64,000 nucleotides of DNA from an uncultured Gammaproteobacteria bacterium (GTDB taxonomy: Bacteria > Patescibacteriota > Microgenomatia > UBA10105 > UBA927), in contig CAYGFH010000004.1 in assembly GCA_964349125.1 (NCBI GenBank), forward strand, positions 42,921 to 106,920, written 5' to 3'. The notes below the pieces were generated by a model, which worked only from the letters and a program-made list of their open reading frames with translations, was not told the origin of the DNA and did no database searches. The translations under genes were made by a program, and so were the position numbers. The first letter of the stretch is position 1; the number at the start of each line of letters is the position of its first letter. Below, one piece after another: positions 1-9,202 of this stretch.

Positions 1-47
1 ACCCCATTTCTGGTGGTATAGGTGAATTACAATTCACCACTTTCAAA

Positions 48-1127
48 ATGCAGGCATTTACAAATCAGACTACATCACCACTTACCTGTGGTGGTATCAG
101 AGGAATAATTTGTCCATCCGGATATACATGTAGATACCCAGACGGGTCCACACGACCGCCCTATCCAGATGCTTCAGGAGTCTGTAGGACAGATAATCCC
201 TATCCTACTCCTACCTGTATCCCACAACCCGCGTGTATGGATCCGCTTCCGGGACAACCTGCATGTATGATTAAAATCCCAGAGGGTGGATGGTTGTGTC
301 CGAAGACTCCGACGCCGACTGCACTTCTCACTTGCGGCGGTATCAGAGGAGCAGTATGTCCATCGGGATATTCATGTATCTATTCCAATGGAACTACTCG
401 TCCGCAATATCCTGACGAAAGCGGCAAATGTATACTTCCGACCAAACTATACTCCTGCCAGTCATTATCGACCACACAATCAAGTTATTTTTCAATGTGT
501 GCAAAACAGGGGTATAGCGGCGTGTGTTTCAACAAATATACTGGCGTCTATCAGGGATGCACGAGGACTGGAAGTAATGATTGTACAGTCAATAATACCA
601 ATGCGGCACAAAATATACTTTGTCCCGCTGCAGTAACTCCAACACCCACGTGTATACCGCGTCCTGCATGTATGGATCCCCTCCCGGGACAACCTGCATG
701 TATGATTGATCTTCCTCAAGGTGGTTGGTTGTGTCCTCAAACACCGACACCAACTACTCAGTGCAAAACAGGTATCAATTCATTCTCAGTCAGTCAACCG
801 TGTAAGGATCCTAATACATTCGTGTCCGCAACATATTCTTGTCATGATGGCTACAGCGGCACTGTAGGTGGCGATATCCGCATGTGCCAAACATCAAATG
901 TACTCGCTGAGCTGGCCCAGAAGGCGTGTTCTGGGAGGACATCTTGCACCACTGCTAAGATCGGAGATCTTAACGGGGATAATATAGTAAATCTGTTTGA
1001 CTATAATATTCTTCTAAATAATTTTGGTAAAACTGGAACAGCAGGAATCATCAAAGGAGACCTGAACAAAGATGGTGTTATCAACGTGTTCGATTACAAT
1101 ATACTACTGCGAAATTTTGGTAGATAA
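48..1127 (+). CDS. Cys-rich repeat secreted protein with two C-terminal type-I dockerin repeats (5' end probably cut by window edge; frame is open back to nt 3)
   Basis: Internal duplications: TCGGIRG-x-CPSGY-C-Y--G-TRP-YPD-SG-C twice and TPTCIPxPACMDPLPGQPACMI-P-GGWLCP-TPTPT twice. C-terminal DLNGDNIVNLFDYNILLNNFG and DLNKDGVINVFDYNILLRNFG fit the Ca-binding dockerin repeat pattern. Confidence 0.7.
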   Translation: MQAFTNQTTSPLTCGGIRGIICPSGYTCRYPDGSTRPPYPDASGVCRTDNPYPTPTCIPQPACMDPLPGQPACMIKIPEGGWLCPKTPTPTALLTCGGIRGAVCPSGYSCIYSNGTTRPQYPDESGKCILPTKLYSCQSLSTTQSSYFSMCAKQGYSGVCFNKYTGVYQGCTRTGSNDCTVNNTNAAQNILCPAAVTPTPTCIPRPACMDPLPGQPACMIDLPQGGWLCPQTPTPTTQCKTGINSFSVSQPCKDPNTFVSATYSCHDGYSGTVGGDIRMCQTSNVLAELAQKACSGRTSCTTAKIGDLNGDNIVNLFDYNILLNNFGKTGTAGIIKGDLNKDGVINVFDYNILLRNFGR

Positions 1128-1134
1128 TTCGTTC

Positions 1135-1162
1135 TTGAAATACATATGACTATTGGTATACT
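1135..1162 (+). promoter_or_regulatory. sigma70-like promoter TTGAAA-16-TATACT upstream of the cohesin/dockerin gene
   Basis: -35 ttgaaa 1135-1140, -10 tatact 1157-1162, ATG at 1175 (very short leader). Confidence 0.45.
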
Positions 1163-1174
1163 CAACATATATAT

Positions 1175-2782
1175 ATGAATAATTCTAATACAGTCACATC
1201 GGTATGGAAGAAACTTATTATCCCGTTTTTCCTGCTCGTGGTAGTTGTGCTTGGCATAGTGTACGTGAGAAAACCTCAGGACATTAGAAATAAAGCGGCA
1301 GTTTCAGGTTCATCGATCTCTATGAACCCGAGTACGATAACAGCGCGACCGGGATCTAATTTTTCAGTTGGAGTAGTTTTAAATGCAGGACCCGATAGCG
1401 TGTCCGGTGTAGAACTACATATTGGGTTCGACCCTAGCCTCGTACGAATCAAAGGGTTTACAGCAGGAACGCCGCTTCCTGTTGTTCTCTCTCCCCTTTC
1501 TATCCAATCAGGAACAGCCACAGTTACTCTCGGCGCTCAACCAAATGCTCCGCTAAAAGGGACAGATATCATTGGTCGCTTCACAGTTGAAACACTATCG
1601 AACGGACCGAGTTCTACTATACGTGTATTAAACAGCACCATGGTTGCAGCACTCGAAAAACCGACAAATACCCTTGTTTCATCATCTGGCATCACTATAT
1701 ATTCGACAAACGGGACTGCTTCAGGAACCCCAACTCCAACTCCACATAACTGGTGCGCAGGACCAAATGGGTCTGCATGTGCATGGGATTGCAATAGATG
1801 CACAGCGTCTGGTATTTGCACAAAAATGGGATGTCCTGATGTGACGGGGACATGCCAAAATAACACGTGCGTTAAACCACCTGCCACACCTACACCAACG
1901 CCATACACACAAGCAGGTTGTGTTAGAGGTGGATGTAATGGTGAACTGTGTGTATCTGAAACGGCACGTAATATGAACACCACCTGCGATGTGAAACCTC
2001 AGTATGCGTGTTTCAGAAGCGCTCGCTGTGAAAAACAGTCAAATGGTCAATGCGGATGGACACAAACAAGTGAGCTGAGGCAATGTCTGGAGCAGTATAT
2101 TACTCCTACCCCAACCCCGCCGGTAGGCTGTTTCTACCAGCAAGTTCAGTGTATTCAGGCACCATGTAATCCGATATTAGTTTGTCCGACAAAGACACCA
2201 ACGCCGACAGTATCGCCAACTCCAATTACATCAGGCTCACAGGTTATTGACCTGAGAGTTAAGCTGGCAGGCGTCACAGACGGATCTGCAAACGGCGCAA
2301 AAGTTGGAATCAAGTTTGTGAAACTCGGTGGAGAGACACTGCAATTATCCGGGGCGCTTCCTTTGGTGCATGTCGGAAATGGGATATATAAAGCAGAAGC
2401 AACATTGACCAATTCTCTACCCTTTGGCACGAAATTTAGAATAAAAGTAAAAGGCGAAAAGCACCTTACTTCCGAATTCTGTTTCCAGGTTGGGCAGACC
2501 GGACCCTGTAAGGATAATGAATATATAACCATGCCAAATTTCATTGCTCAGACCTATGGCTTTGATCTGACAGGCATCCCACTCCAACCGGGTGATGTAC
2601 CACCTCAGGATGGTAAAGTTGATGCAACAGATTTCAATGCCATAAAGTCACTCATGTCCAAACTATGCTCAGAGTTGACTGCACAGGACAAACTCAAAGC
2701 CGATTTGGACTATAACGGCTGTATAACTGTCAAAGATATATTCCTGATCAGACAAACATTGGAAACACGATACGATGAATAA
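1175..2782 (+). CDS. Signal-anchored surface protein: N-terminal cohesin-like domain, Cys-rich modules separated by PTPTP linkers, C-terminal dockerin
   Basis: N-terminal hydrophobic helix LIIPFFLLVVVVLGIVYV. Segment GVELHIGFDPSLVRIKGFTAG within a ~140-aa beta-rich domain fits the cohesin pattern. C-terminal DGKVDATDFNAIKSLM...DLDYNGCITVKDIFLIRQTL is a dockerin-like repeat pair. Confidence 0.6.
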   Translation: MNNSNTVTSVWKKLIIPFFLLVVVVLGIVYVRKPQDIRNKAAVSGSSISMNPSTITARPGSNFSVGVVLNAGPDSVSGVELHIGFDPSLVRIKGFTAGTPLPVVLSPLSIQSGTATVTLGAQPNAPLKGTDIIGRFTVETLSNGPSSTIRVLNSTMVAALEKPTNTLVSSSGITIYSTNGTASGTPTPTPHNWCAGPNGSACAWDCNRCTASGICTKMGCPDVTGTCQNNTCVKPPATPTPTPYTQAGCVRGGCNGELCVSETARNMNTTCDVKPQYACFRSARCEKQSNGQCGWTQTSELRQCLEQYITPTPTPPVGCFYQQVQCIQAPCNPILVCPTKTPTPTVSPTPITSGSQVIDLRVKLAGVTDGSANGAKVGIKFVKLGGETLQLSGALPLVHVGNGIYKAEATLTNSLPFGTKFRIKVKGEKHLTSEFCFQVGQTGPCKDNEYITMPNFIAQTYGFDLTGIPLQPGDVPPQDGKVDATDFNAIKSLMSKLCSELTAQDKLKADLDYNGCITVKDIFLIRQTLETRYDE

Positions 2783-3989
2783 AATCCTGCCAAAAACTAT
2801 ATCCTTCGTTGCGATCCTGCTGCTTTTCCTTACAGCTGGTGTATCAAAGGCGTTTGCAACTCCTAGCGTCCAATTTGATAAAACATCTGTCTCTGTTGCA
2901 CAAGATGCCACTTTTCAACTAAAAGTTAACATAAATGTGGATGCGCACACAGTTTTGGGAAGTGATGCTGTTATCAATTACGCCGGAAGCGATCTGGAAG
3001 TAATATCCATAACAAACGGTGGATTTTTTCCCGAATTCAACAGTGCCAATGCTGCATCAGGGAGACTTGAAATTCATGGGTATACATCTTCCACAAATGA
3101 CAGCCGTACAGGAAACGGTATACTTGCCACTATCGTATTTAAGGCAAAAAAAGGAAGCGGAAGCAGCGCTGTAACGTTTGCATGCACAGGATCAGGTAAC
3201 GATACAAATATTTTAACGACAGCAGGACAGAATGTATTGGCGTGCTCACAGACAAATACAGCCGGCATATCATACACAGGTGTCACGAATACCAACACAC
3301 CTACCCCTACAACTGGATCAGGTAATACTCCCACCCCAACACAAAAGCCTTCAGGTAACACTGCTCCGAATTGTTCCAATCTGTATACTGATATATCCTC
3401 TGCTGTGGGAGCACCTCAGACTATCACACTGACCTGCTCCGGTGCTGATCCGGGTGGATATTTGAACGCTGCGGAATTTGTATTTGGAGATGGTACCACC
3501 CAGGTGGTAGAGAAAAATGCAGGGAGCCCGGGCTCCATTGCTACTGCTCATACGTATACAACAATCGGGACACTCGGCGCATCATGCAGAGTCCGCGATA
3601 ACGATGGGATATGGTCAACCATACCCGATTCATGTAAGAAAGTTGTAAGTATAAAACCAGGATCCACCCCCACCCCTACACAAGCAAGATCATATGGAGA
3701 TAAGGGCGTGACCACCACCATCAAGGTAAGCGGGCCAACACCCACACCAACTAGAATTGTTGTGAGTATTATTTCTGACACTCCGGAACCTACCGTTTCG
3801 ATTGATGAAGGCATTGCTGAACCTACGCTATACCCAGAGGAAGAATCTATAGAATCAGACACCACAACTTCGTCCAACAGAATATGGTGGATCGTAGGAG
3901 GCATCATAGCCATATTGCTTGCATTCCTATTACTGCGACGTAAGGGACCACCACCTTCAGGAGGACAAATCCCAATCGCAAATGTATAA
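2775..3989 (+). CDS. Surface protein: signal peptide, cohesin-like domain, PKD-like domain, PT-linkers, C-terminal transmembrane anchor
   Basis: Signal peptide ending VSKAFA. Cohesin-like segment YAGSDLEVISITNGGFFPEF. PKD-like FVFGDGTT...AHTYTTIGTLGASCRVRDNDG. C-terminal TM IWWIVGGIIAILLAFLLL followed by basic residues. 8-nt overlap with the upstream gene suggests an operon. Confidence 0.6.
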   Translation: MNKILPKTISFVAILLLFLTAGVSKAFATPSVQFDKTSVSVAQDATFQLKVNINVDAHTVLGSDAVINYAGSDLEVISITNGGFFPEFNSANAASGRLEIHGYTSSTNDSRTGNGILATIVFKAKKGSGSSAVTFACTGSGNDTNILTTAGQNVLACSQTNTAGISYTGVTNTNTPTPTTGSGNTPTPTQKPSGNTAPNCSNLYTDISSAVGAPQTITLTCSGADPGGYLNAAEFVFGDGTTQVVEKNAGSPGSIATAHTYTTIGTLGASCRVRDNDGIWSTIPDSCKKVVSIKPGSTPTPTQARSYGDKGVTTTIKVSGPTPTPTRIVVSIISDTPEPTVSIDEGIAEPTLYPEEESIESDTTTSSNRIWWIVGGIIAILLAFLLLRRKGPPPSGGQIPIANV

Positions 3990-3996
3990 CGAAGCA

Positions 3997-4377
3997 CTAT
4001 TCTACGAGGATTTTTCGCACAGCGTTGACGTCTTTATCCATTTGAGCTGTGAGTTCGACTACGGAAGAGAATTTGTGGATATCACGTAACCTTTCGACTA
4101 CTTCAACTTCTATGTGGGTCGTGTCGGTATTAGACAGATCCTGACCTTCAAGTCCGAGCAAAAATACCTCGAGACTGGGAGCGGCATCATCAAATGTCGG
4201 GATAGGCCCCCAATGCATGGCGCCTTTAAATCTCAATGAATCTAGAATTATCCAGACCGCGTAGATACCGTGTTCAAGTTCAAAGCGTGCAGGAATGAAC
4301 ATATTTATGGTCGGATACCCCATAAATTTCCCTCTTCCCTTTCCCTTAATTTGGTTTGTAACAAAGCGTATCGTCAT
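3997..4377 (-). CDS. Riboflavin kinase (RibF C-terminal kinase domain only)
   Basis: GKGRGKFMGYPTINM matches the riboflavin kinase GxGRG..GxPTxN motif. Start taken at ATG 4377, which forms an ATGA overlap with the upstream stop. The ORF-track start at 4416 is a TTG. Confidence 0.65.
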   Translation of the reverse strand: MTIRFVTNQIKGKGRGKFMGYPTINMFIPARFELEHGIYAVWIILDSLRFKGAMHWGPIPTFDDAAPSLEVFLLGLEGQDLSNTDTTHIEVEVVERLRDIHKFSSVVELTAQMDKDVNAVRKILVE

Positions 4378-4889
4378 GTTCGTAAATACTTTTTGGGTCT
4401 TCCGAAGCGCAACCAATTTTTATTCACCGCCCCCAACAACCAGAGATCTTCCGCTATATCAAACAAAAAATGCAACACCATAGAGCCAAGCAATACAACT
4501 CCAGCACGGTAATCATACAGATAAAATGCTCCAGCACATGCCGCTAGTGCACCGACAGCGTATACATTATGAAATGTGAGGTTTGTGTTATGTTTATGAC
4601 CCTGCTCTATATAGGTTACAAGCACGTTCCATTCTCTTTTTTTTATAAAGGAAAAAATTGTTTTGGTATACGGATCTTTTTTTCCATATGTGAAGAAATA
4701 GAGGATATGATCAAGATCAGGGAGCATGCTTCCGATGACAGATGCCATGACCCATCGGTAACTCATTTCATCCCATGCGCCCTCAAGTAGCCACGCCCAC
4801 ATGAACCCTAACACTATGTGTATAAACATATGCTTTGCATGCCACAATGTCTTCCCCACACCCCGTAACCGTATCGATATACGTGCCAT
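4374..4889 (-). CDS. Membrane-bound metal-dependent hydrolase-like protein (DUF457/YdjM-like)
   Basis: Multi-helix hydrophobic protein with LPDLDH motif. Confidence 0.4.
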   Translation of the reverse strand: MARISIRLRGVGKTLWHAKHMFIHIVLGFMWAWLLEGAWDEMSYRWVMASVIGSMLPDLDHILYFFTYGKKDPYTKTIFSFIKKREWNVLVTYIEQGHKHNTNLTFHNVYAVGALAACAGAFYLYDYRAGVVLLGSMVLHFLFDIAEDLWLLGAVNKNWLRFGRPKKYLRT

Positions 4890-4997
4890 ATGTAGATAGT
4901 ATCAAATGAAATACAGACCTATCAAGGTGATATCGGACAAACACTCCCTGGTTATTGACGAATGTAGAGGCATCAGGCATAGTAATACACATTACGT

Positions 4998-5714
4998 ATG
5001 AAGCGTCATCTCCCATCTTTTCTTTTACTCTGCTGCTCCCTGCTGTCGTTCGTGGCAATTATACAGGCCGGGACAAGACTCGAACCCATGGAAACCACGC
5101 CACTTGCTGACCGTGAAAGCCTCGCATCACTTATCAGAGGTGAAACCGCTGGTTTTCCGACAGACGAGATTGCTGGGTCATTTCATGGGGAGACAGTCGT
5201 GCCTCCAGTCCCTTCGTCATTTACCCCACTCTCTGAGGTATTAGGACAGGAACACGCACCAGAAAAGAGAATAGAGGTTGATCTGACGACACAAACAACC
5301 TATGCGTATGAAGGTGACAAACTGGTATACGAATTTACCGTGTCCACAGGACTCTGGGGATGGACACCAACTGGTGAATTTACGATTTGGACCAAAGTCA
5401 GGAGCCAACTTATGCAGGGAGGAAGTAAGGAAAAAGGCACATATTATTACCTCCCAAATGTGCCGTATGTTATGTTCTTTTATAATGATGATATTGAAAA
5501 AATGCGTGGATTCAGTTTCCATGGCGCCTATTGGCACAACAACTTTGGGCATCCGATGAGTCATGGGTGCATAAATATGAGAAACGAAGATGCTAAACTG
5601 TTATATGAATGGGCTACGCCAGTGGTAACAAACCCCAATGCATGGTCAACTCCTTCCACTCCTGAAAACCCGGGGACGAAAGTGATTATATATGGGAAAG
5701 CGCCACTGTATTGA
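4998..5714 (+). CDS. L,D-transpeptidase (YkuD domain) with signal peptide
   Basis: Catalytic motif FSFHGAYW...HPMSHGCINMRNEDAKLLYEW (H...SHGC). Confidence 0.8.
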   Translation: MKRHLPSFLLLCCSLLSFVAIIQAGTRLEPMETTPLADRESLASLIRGETAGFPTDEIAGSFHGETVVPPVPSSFTPLSEVLGQEHAPEKRIEVDLTTQTTYAYEGDKLVYEFTVSTGLWGWTPTGEFTIWTKVRSQLMQGGSKEKGTYYYLPNVPYVMFFYNDDIEKMRGFSFHGAYWHNNFGHPMSHGCINMRNEDAKLLYEWATPVVTNPNAWSTPSTPENPGTKVIIYGKAPLY

Positions 5715-5802
5715 TGCTGTTGTCATCCCCGACCCGATCGGGGATCAGTAGATCAAAGTAATTAATTTGATCCTCGCATTCGCAAGGATGACAAGAAAAC
5801 TT

Positions 5803-6684
5803 TTATATCTTCAGCCCTTTGAGGTAGGCCTTAAATTCACCGTTTAGCTCTTTGTGTGTAAGGGCAAATTCTATAACGGTTTTGAGGTATTCCAACTTGT
5901 TTCCTGTATCGTAGTACTTTGCGTTCTCAACCTCACACGCATATACAGGGCGTGTTTTCATAAGGTCTTTTATAGCATCCGTAAGCCAAATCTCGCCGGA
6001 TTTCCCAGGCTTTGTTTTTTCCAGATGCTCAAAGATGTCAGGTGTCAGCACGTAGCACCCATGTGCCGCGAGATTGGACGGTGCCTCATCTGCTTTTGGT
6101 TTTTCGAGAAGGTGATTGATTTGCCAGATATTCTTTTCCACATTAACGGCATCTACAATACCATATCTGGAGACATCCTCTTTAGGGACACGGACGGCTG
6201 AAATAACAGGATCACCATATTTTTCGAACACATCAATGCATTGTTTTGCACGTGGAGGATTGGAATGGATAAATTCATCTCCCCATATGGCGACAAACGG
6301 TTCGTTTCCTATCACCGATTTTGCACATAATACCGGCGTTCCATTACCATATGGTCCTTTTTGACGTATGTATATGAAATTGGCGAGCGCTGCCGTTCGT
6401 TTTACCTCTTCCATGAGCTCATATTTTTTCTGTTCCTCTAGCATTTTGATCAGTTCGTTTGGATTGTCAAAATGATCTTCAATAGCACGTTTATGCCACC
6501 CTGTGACGATAATAATGTCAGTAATTCCTGATGAGACCAATTCCTCTACAACGTACTGTATGACAGGCTTATCCACTATAGGAAGCATTTCCTTTGGCAT
6601 TGCCTTGGTTTGCGGCAAAAATCGTGTTCCGAATCCGGCAGCCGGTATAACTGCCTTCCTAATTTTCGAAGAATGTTTCATCAT
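5803..6684 (-). CDS. galU: UTP--glucose-1-phosphate uridylyltransferase
   Basis: N-terminal KAVIPAAGFGTRFLPQTKAMPKEMLPIVDKPVIQYVVEE is the canonical GalU signature. Confidence 0.85.
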   Translation of the reverse strand: MMKHSSKIRKAVIPAAGFGTRFLPQTKAMPKEMLPIVDKPVIQYVVEELVSSGITDIIIVTGWHKRAIEDHFDNPNELIKMLEEQKKYELMEEVKRTAALANFIYIRQKGPYGNGTPVLCAKSVIGNEPFVAIWGDEFIHSNPPRAKQCIDVFEKYGDPVISAVRVPKEDVSRYGIVDAVNVEKNIWQINHLLEKPKADEAPSNLAAHGCYVLTPDIFEHLEKTKPGKSGEIWLTDAIKDLMKTRPVYACEVENAKYYDTGNKLEYLKTVIEFALTHKELNGEFKAYLKGLKI

Positions 6685-6843
6685 ATTTTATTTGTCACTC
6701 CCGACGTCTATCGGAATCATCGAGCAAAAGATCCTCGATACACTTGGAACAGTAGGAAGCATAGGCTAATTGTATTTCCCTTTCATCCCCTTTGTCAATT
6801 TGATATCATAGACTGATAGAAGTTATCAAAACAATAATAATAT

Positions 6844-8748
6844 ATGTCTCACGATGATCACGGTCATGACAGCGGGCCACCCAAGCCGACTAATCCCTTC
6901 TTTATAATAGGCGTGATTTTATTTGTTGCTTTTTTTGCTTTACAGGTCCCCTCCGGTAAGAAGCCTTCAACAGGAATATCCCCTATATCCCAGCCAAGAA
7001 TAACTCCCACGAGAACCCAAGGCATACCAATTAAAGAAGAAGGTCCCACATACCAAAAATCCATATTAAATGAAGGAATGACCCCACCACCTGAAGCTGT
7101 TGTGACGCCTCAAGTCGCCGGAATCGCCCCCTGGGGGTATAAAATTCAATTCATGAACGCTGTATCCTCAGTGTTAAAAGAAGTAGAAGGAGTTTCGCAT
7201 CAGCAAAAATATACCATAAAAACACCAAATCTTGGTCCGGAGGCATATCAGATAGAAGAGGCGGGAGTCAGACTTACACCGAAAGAAATACAGGATTCAA
7301 ACTTACGCCTTATTACCTACCTTCAAAATTTAACCGCCAACCATACACAATGTTTTTACGATGAAGAAAATGGGTTCGAACATCATCCTGACGTTGGTAT
7401 ATTTAAAGCCGCTGCTCTCCGATGGCATTATGCGCGCGGTGGGTCAAAAATCCTACAGTCAACGATATCAACGGGACAACTGCCACTCGAGGGGTACGAT
7501 TTGTTCAATACACTGCCTGATGAGAAAGTAACGCCTGATAATGGCCTGGCATGCTACACACAGCACGAAGGAAAGTTCACGGGATTATATGAGCTAAGCA
7601 CGGGCGATGAAGAGTACGATGGAGCAAGCCACCCGCCAGCAACATGGACACCTGACCTGTTTTGCCCAAATGAGACACTCAAATACTTGGAATGCCTTGC
7701 TGAACAAGCCAGATGCAATGCGGCAACGAGGGCAAAAAATAAAAATAACGACTGCAGCGCAGACTACTGCTCACTTGTGTGCAGCGGTGATGCCCATACG
7801 GTGTATAGCACGAATCTGCCAGGCGCCATGAAAGAGAAGGATATTACGGATAATATCGGATATCTGCAACCGGGCAATCCGCAAGGATATACCTACACGC
7901 AGTTTGACGATGCATTCAACTTTAACAAAGAACACGGCATAAACGAACAAGGCCAAACAAATGAACTTATGATATTTTCAGGTGACATTCTTACAGAAAA
8001 ATCTGTGTATGCAGAACTTGCTCGTATTAAGGAACATATCCATGCATTCCAATGTGTACTCCTCCCAAAAGAAGCTCAAGACCCAAATGTACCATGCCCT
8101 ACTCCCGAGCCTGAGCAATCACTCGCCGGAATTCGCAATGAGGCTGATGCAGTCGAAGATCGAGAGCCCGCACAGTGCAGTGCCGGTAAGCCGATAAGCA
8201 ACGCAGTTTCACGGGGGGGTCTAGATGCCGCAATCACAGAGGCAGCAGCCTGGGCAAAAATACCGGCGTGTGTTTTGAGGGGTATAGCATTTATTGAAGG
8301 AGCAACCATTGAGATGGAAAAACCAGCATGTATACCAAACCAGTGTGGAGCAGCCGGGCCCTTTCAGATTAGTATTGGTCAAGATACCTGCGGCAAGAAG
8401 ACCTGTGATGAGTGTGGTCCAAATTGGAAAGGTCGAGCATGTAATGACGAATCGTGGGCATTAAAAAAAGCAGGCGGAACTGTTGCCGATGCGTGTAATA
8501 TTAAAATTGCAGCGAAGGCAGCTGCTGCCATCGTTGACGGAAAAGCAAATGGATTCGGTGTACCGTTCACTCACAATACATCTAGCTCAATTGCATCGCA
8601 AAAACGAACGATTATCACAGCAGCCGACGCGTACTACGGTGTGACCTCACCAATAGAACGCCTTGGTGGTCTCTCGTACGGCGAATATGTGTATAAAACC
8701 TGTGATCCATCGTATACCTCGCATGTTGAACATGGATTCCCGTATTAA
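6844..8748 (+). CDS. Membrane-anchored extracytoplasmic protein with Cys-rich C-terminal region resembling a lytic transglycosylase (SLT-like) domain
   Basis: N-terminal TM FFIIGVILFVAFFAL. C-terminal GIAFIEGAT...QCGAAGPFQI resembles the SLT catalytic E...AGAxGLMQ pattern. The rest has no recognisable motifs. Confidence 0.4.
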   Translation: MSHDDHGHDSGPPKPTNPFFIIGVILFVAFFALQVPSGKKPSTGISPISQPRITPTRTQGIPIKEEGPTYQKSILNEGMTPPPEAVVTPQVAGIAPWGYKIQFMNAVSSVLKEVEGVSHQQKYTIKTPNLGPEAYQIEEAGVRLTPKEIQDSNLRLITYLQNLTANHTQCFYDEENGFEHHPDVGIFKAAALRWHYARGGSKILQSTISTGQLPLEGYDLFNTLPDEKVTPDNGLACYTQHEGKFTGLYELSTGDEEYDGASHPPATWTPDLFCPNETLKYLECLAEQARCNAATRAKNKNNDCSADYCSLVCSGDAHTVYSTNLPGAMKEKDITDNIGYLQPGNPQGYTYTQFDDAFNFNKEHGINEQGQTNELMIFSGDILTEKSVYAELARIKEHIHAFQCVLLPKEAQDPNVPCPTPEPEQSLAGIRNEADAVEDREPAQCSAGKPISNAVSRGGLDAAITEAAAWAKIPACVLRGIAFIEGATIEMEKPACIPNQCGAAGPFQISIGQDTCGKKTCDECGPNWKGRACNDESWALKKAGGTVADACNIKIAAKAAAAIVDGKANGFGVPFTHNTSSSIASQKRTIITAADAYYGVTSPIERLGGLSYGEYVYKTCDPSYTSHVEHGFPY

Positions 8749-8807
8749 TTATTGACGTTCTGGTGGCGGTATTTACAAATCTGTTTATATTTGATATAGT
8801 ACCTATA

Positions 8808-8829
8808 TCCCCGGGAGGGGGTTTTTGTT
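8808..8829 (+). terminator. Weak rho-independent terminator after the 634-aa gene
   Basis: cccc-ggga-gggg hairpin followed by gtttttgtt. Confidence 0.35.
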
Positions 8830-8853
8830 AGTTATTTTCATGTGTTACAGGTC

Positions 8854-8882
8854 TTGGCGATATGCGACAACTTCGGTATAAT
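8854..8882 (+). promoter_or_regulatory. Promoter TTGGCG-17-TATAAT for leaderless secE
   Basis: -10 tataat 8877-8882 ends 6 nt before the secE ATG at 8889, implying a leaderless transcript. Confidence 0.45.
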
Positions 8883-8888
8883 ACAAGT

Positions 8889-9122
8889 ATGGAAAAGCCA
8901 ACAATACCGAAAGTGCAAAGTATCTCTGAACGACTCGGACGAAATGGACCAGTTACCTTTTTTCAGGAGGTTGTATCGGAACTCAAGAAAGTAACGTGGC
9001 CAAGTCGCGATGAAACAATGAAATTAACTGCTGTCGTTATTGCTCTTTCTGTCATTGTCGGTGTATTTATCGGCGGATTGGATGCAATACTAGTACAGGC
9101 ACAAAAAATGGTATTCAAATAA
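8889..9122 (+). CDS. secE: Preprotein translocase subunit SecE
   Basis: ELKKVTWPSRDET followed by a single TM helix (LTAVVIALSVIVGVFIGGLDAIL) is the SecE signature. The ORF-track start at 8862 is preceded by no promoter, and the -10 box lies inside it. Confidence 0.8.
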   Translation: MEKPTIPKVQSISERLGRNGPVTFFQEVVSELKKVTWPSRDETMKLTAVVIALSVIVGVFIGGLDAILVQAQKMVFK

Positions 9123-9202
9123 CGATACTGAATATTGGATTTTACGATGATTGAGGAAATCCGAACGTCGATAATCCACGATTTAGCATCAACTATTATA
9201 GT

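Noticed and set aside
286-740. Short overlapping ORFs inside gene 1 (286-636 +, 492-740 -)
   Set aside because: Alternative-frame ORFs with no features, fully contained in a well-supported CDS.
1537-1983. Minus-strand ORFs rich in GVGVGV (1537-1983, 3548-3997, 10887-11117, 30630-30875, 31080-31301, 47636-47854)
   Set aside because: They are the reverse-complement reading of the PTPTPT linker codons of genuine surface-protein genes on the other strand, so they are antisense artefacts.
8749-8888. tRNA-Trp expected upstream of secE
   Set aside because: No T-loop/GTTC-like consensus or cloverleaf is discernible by eye; it cannot be excluded without a dedicated tool.
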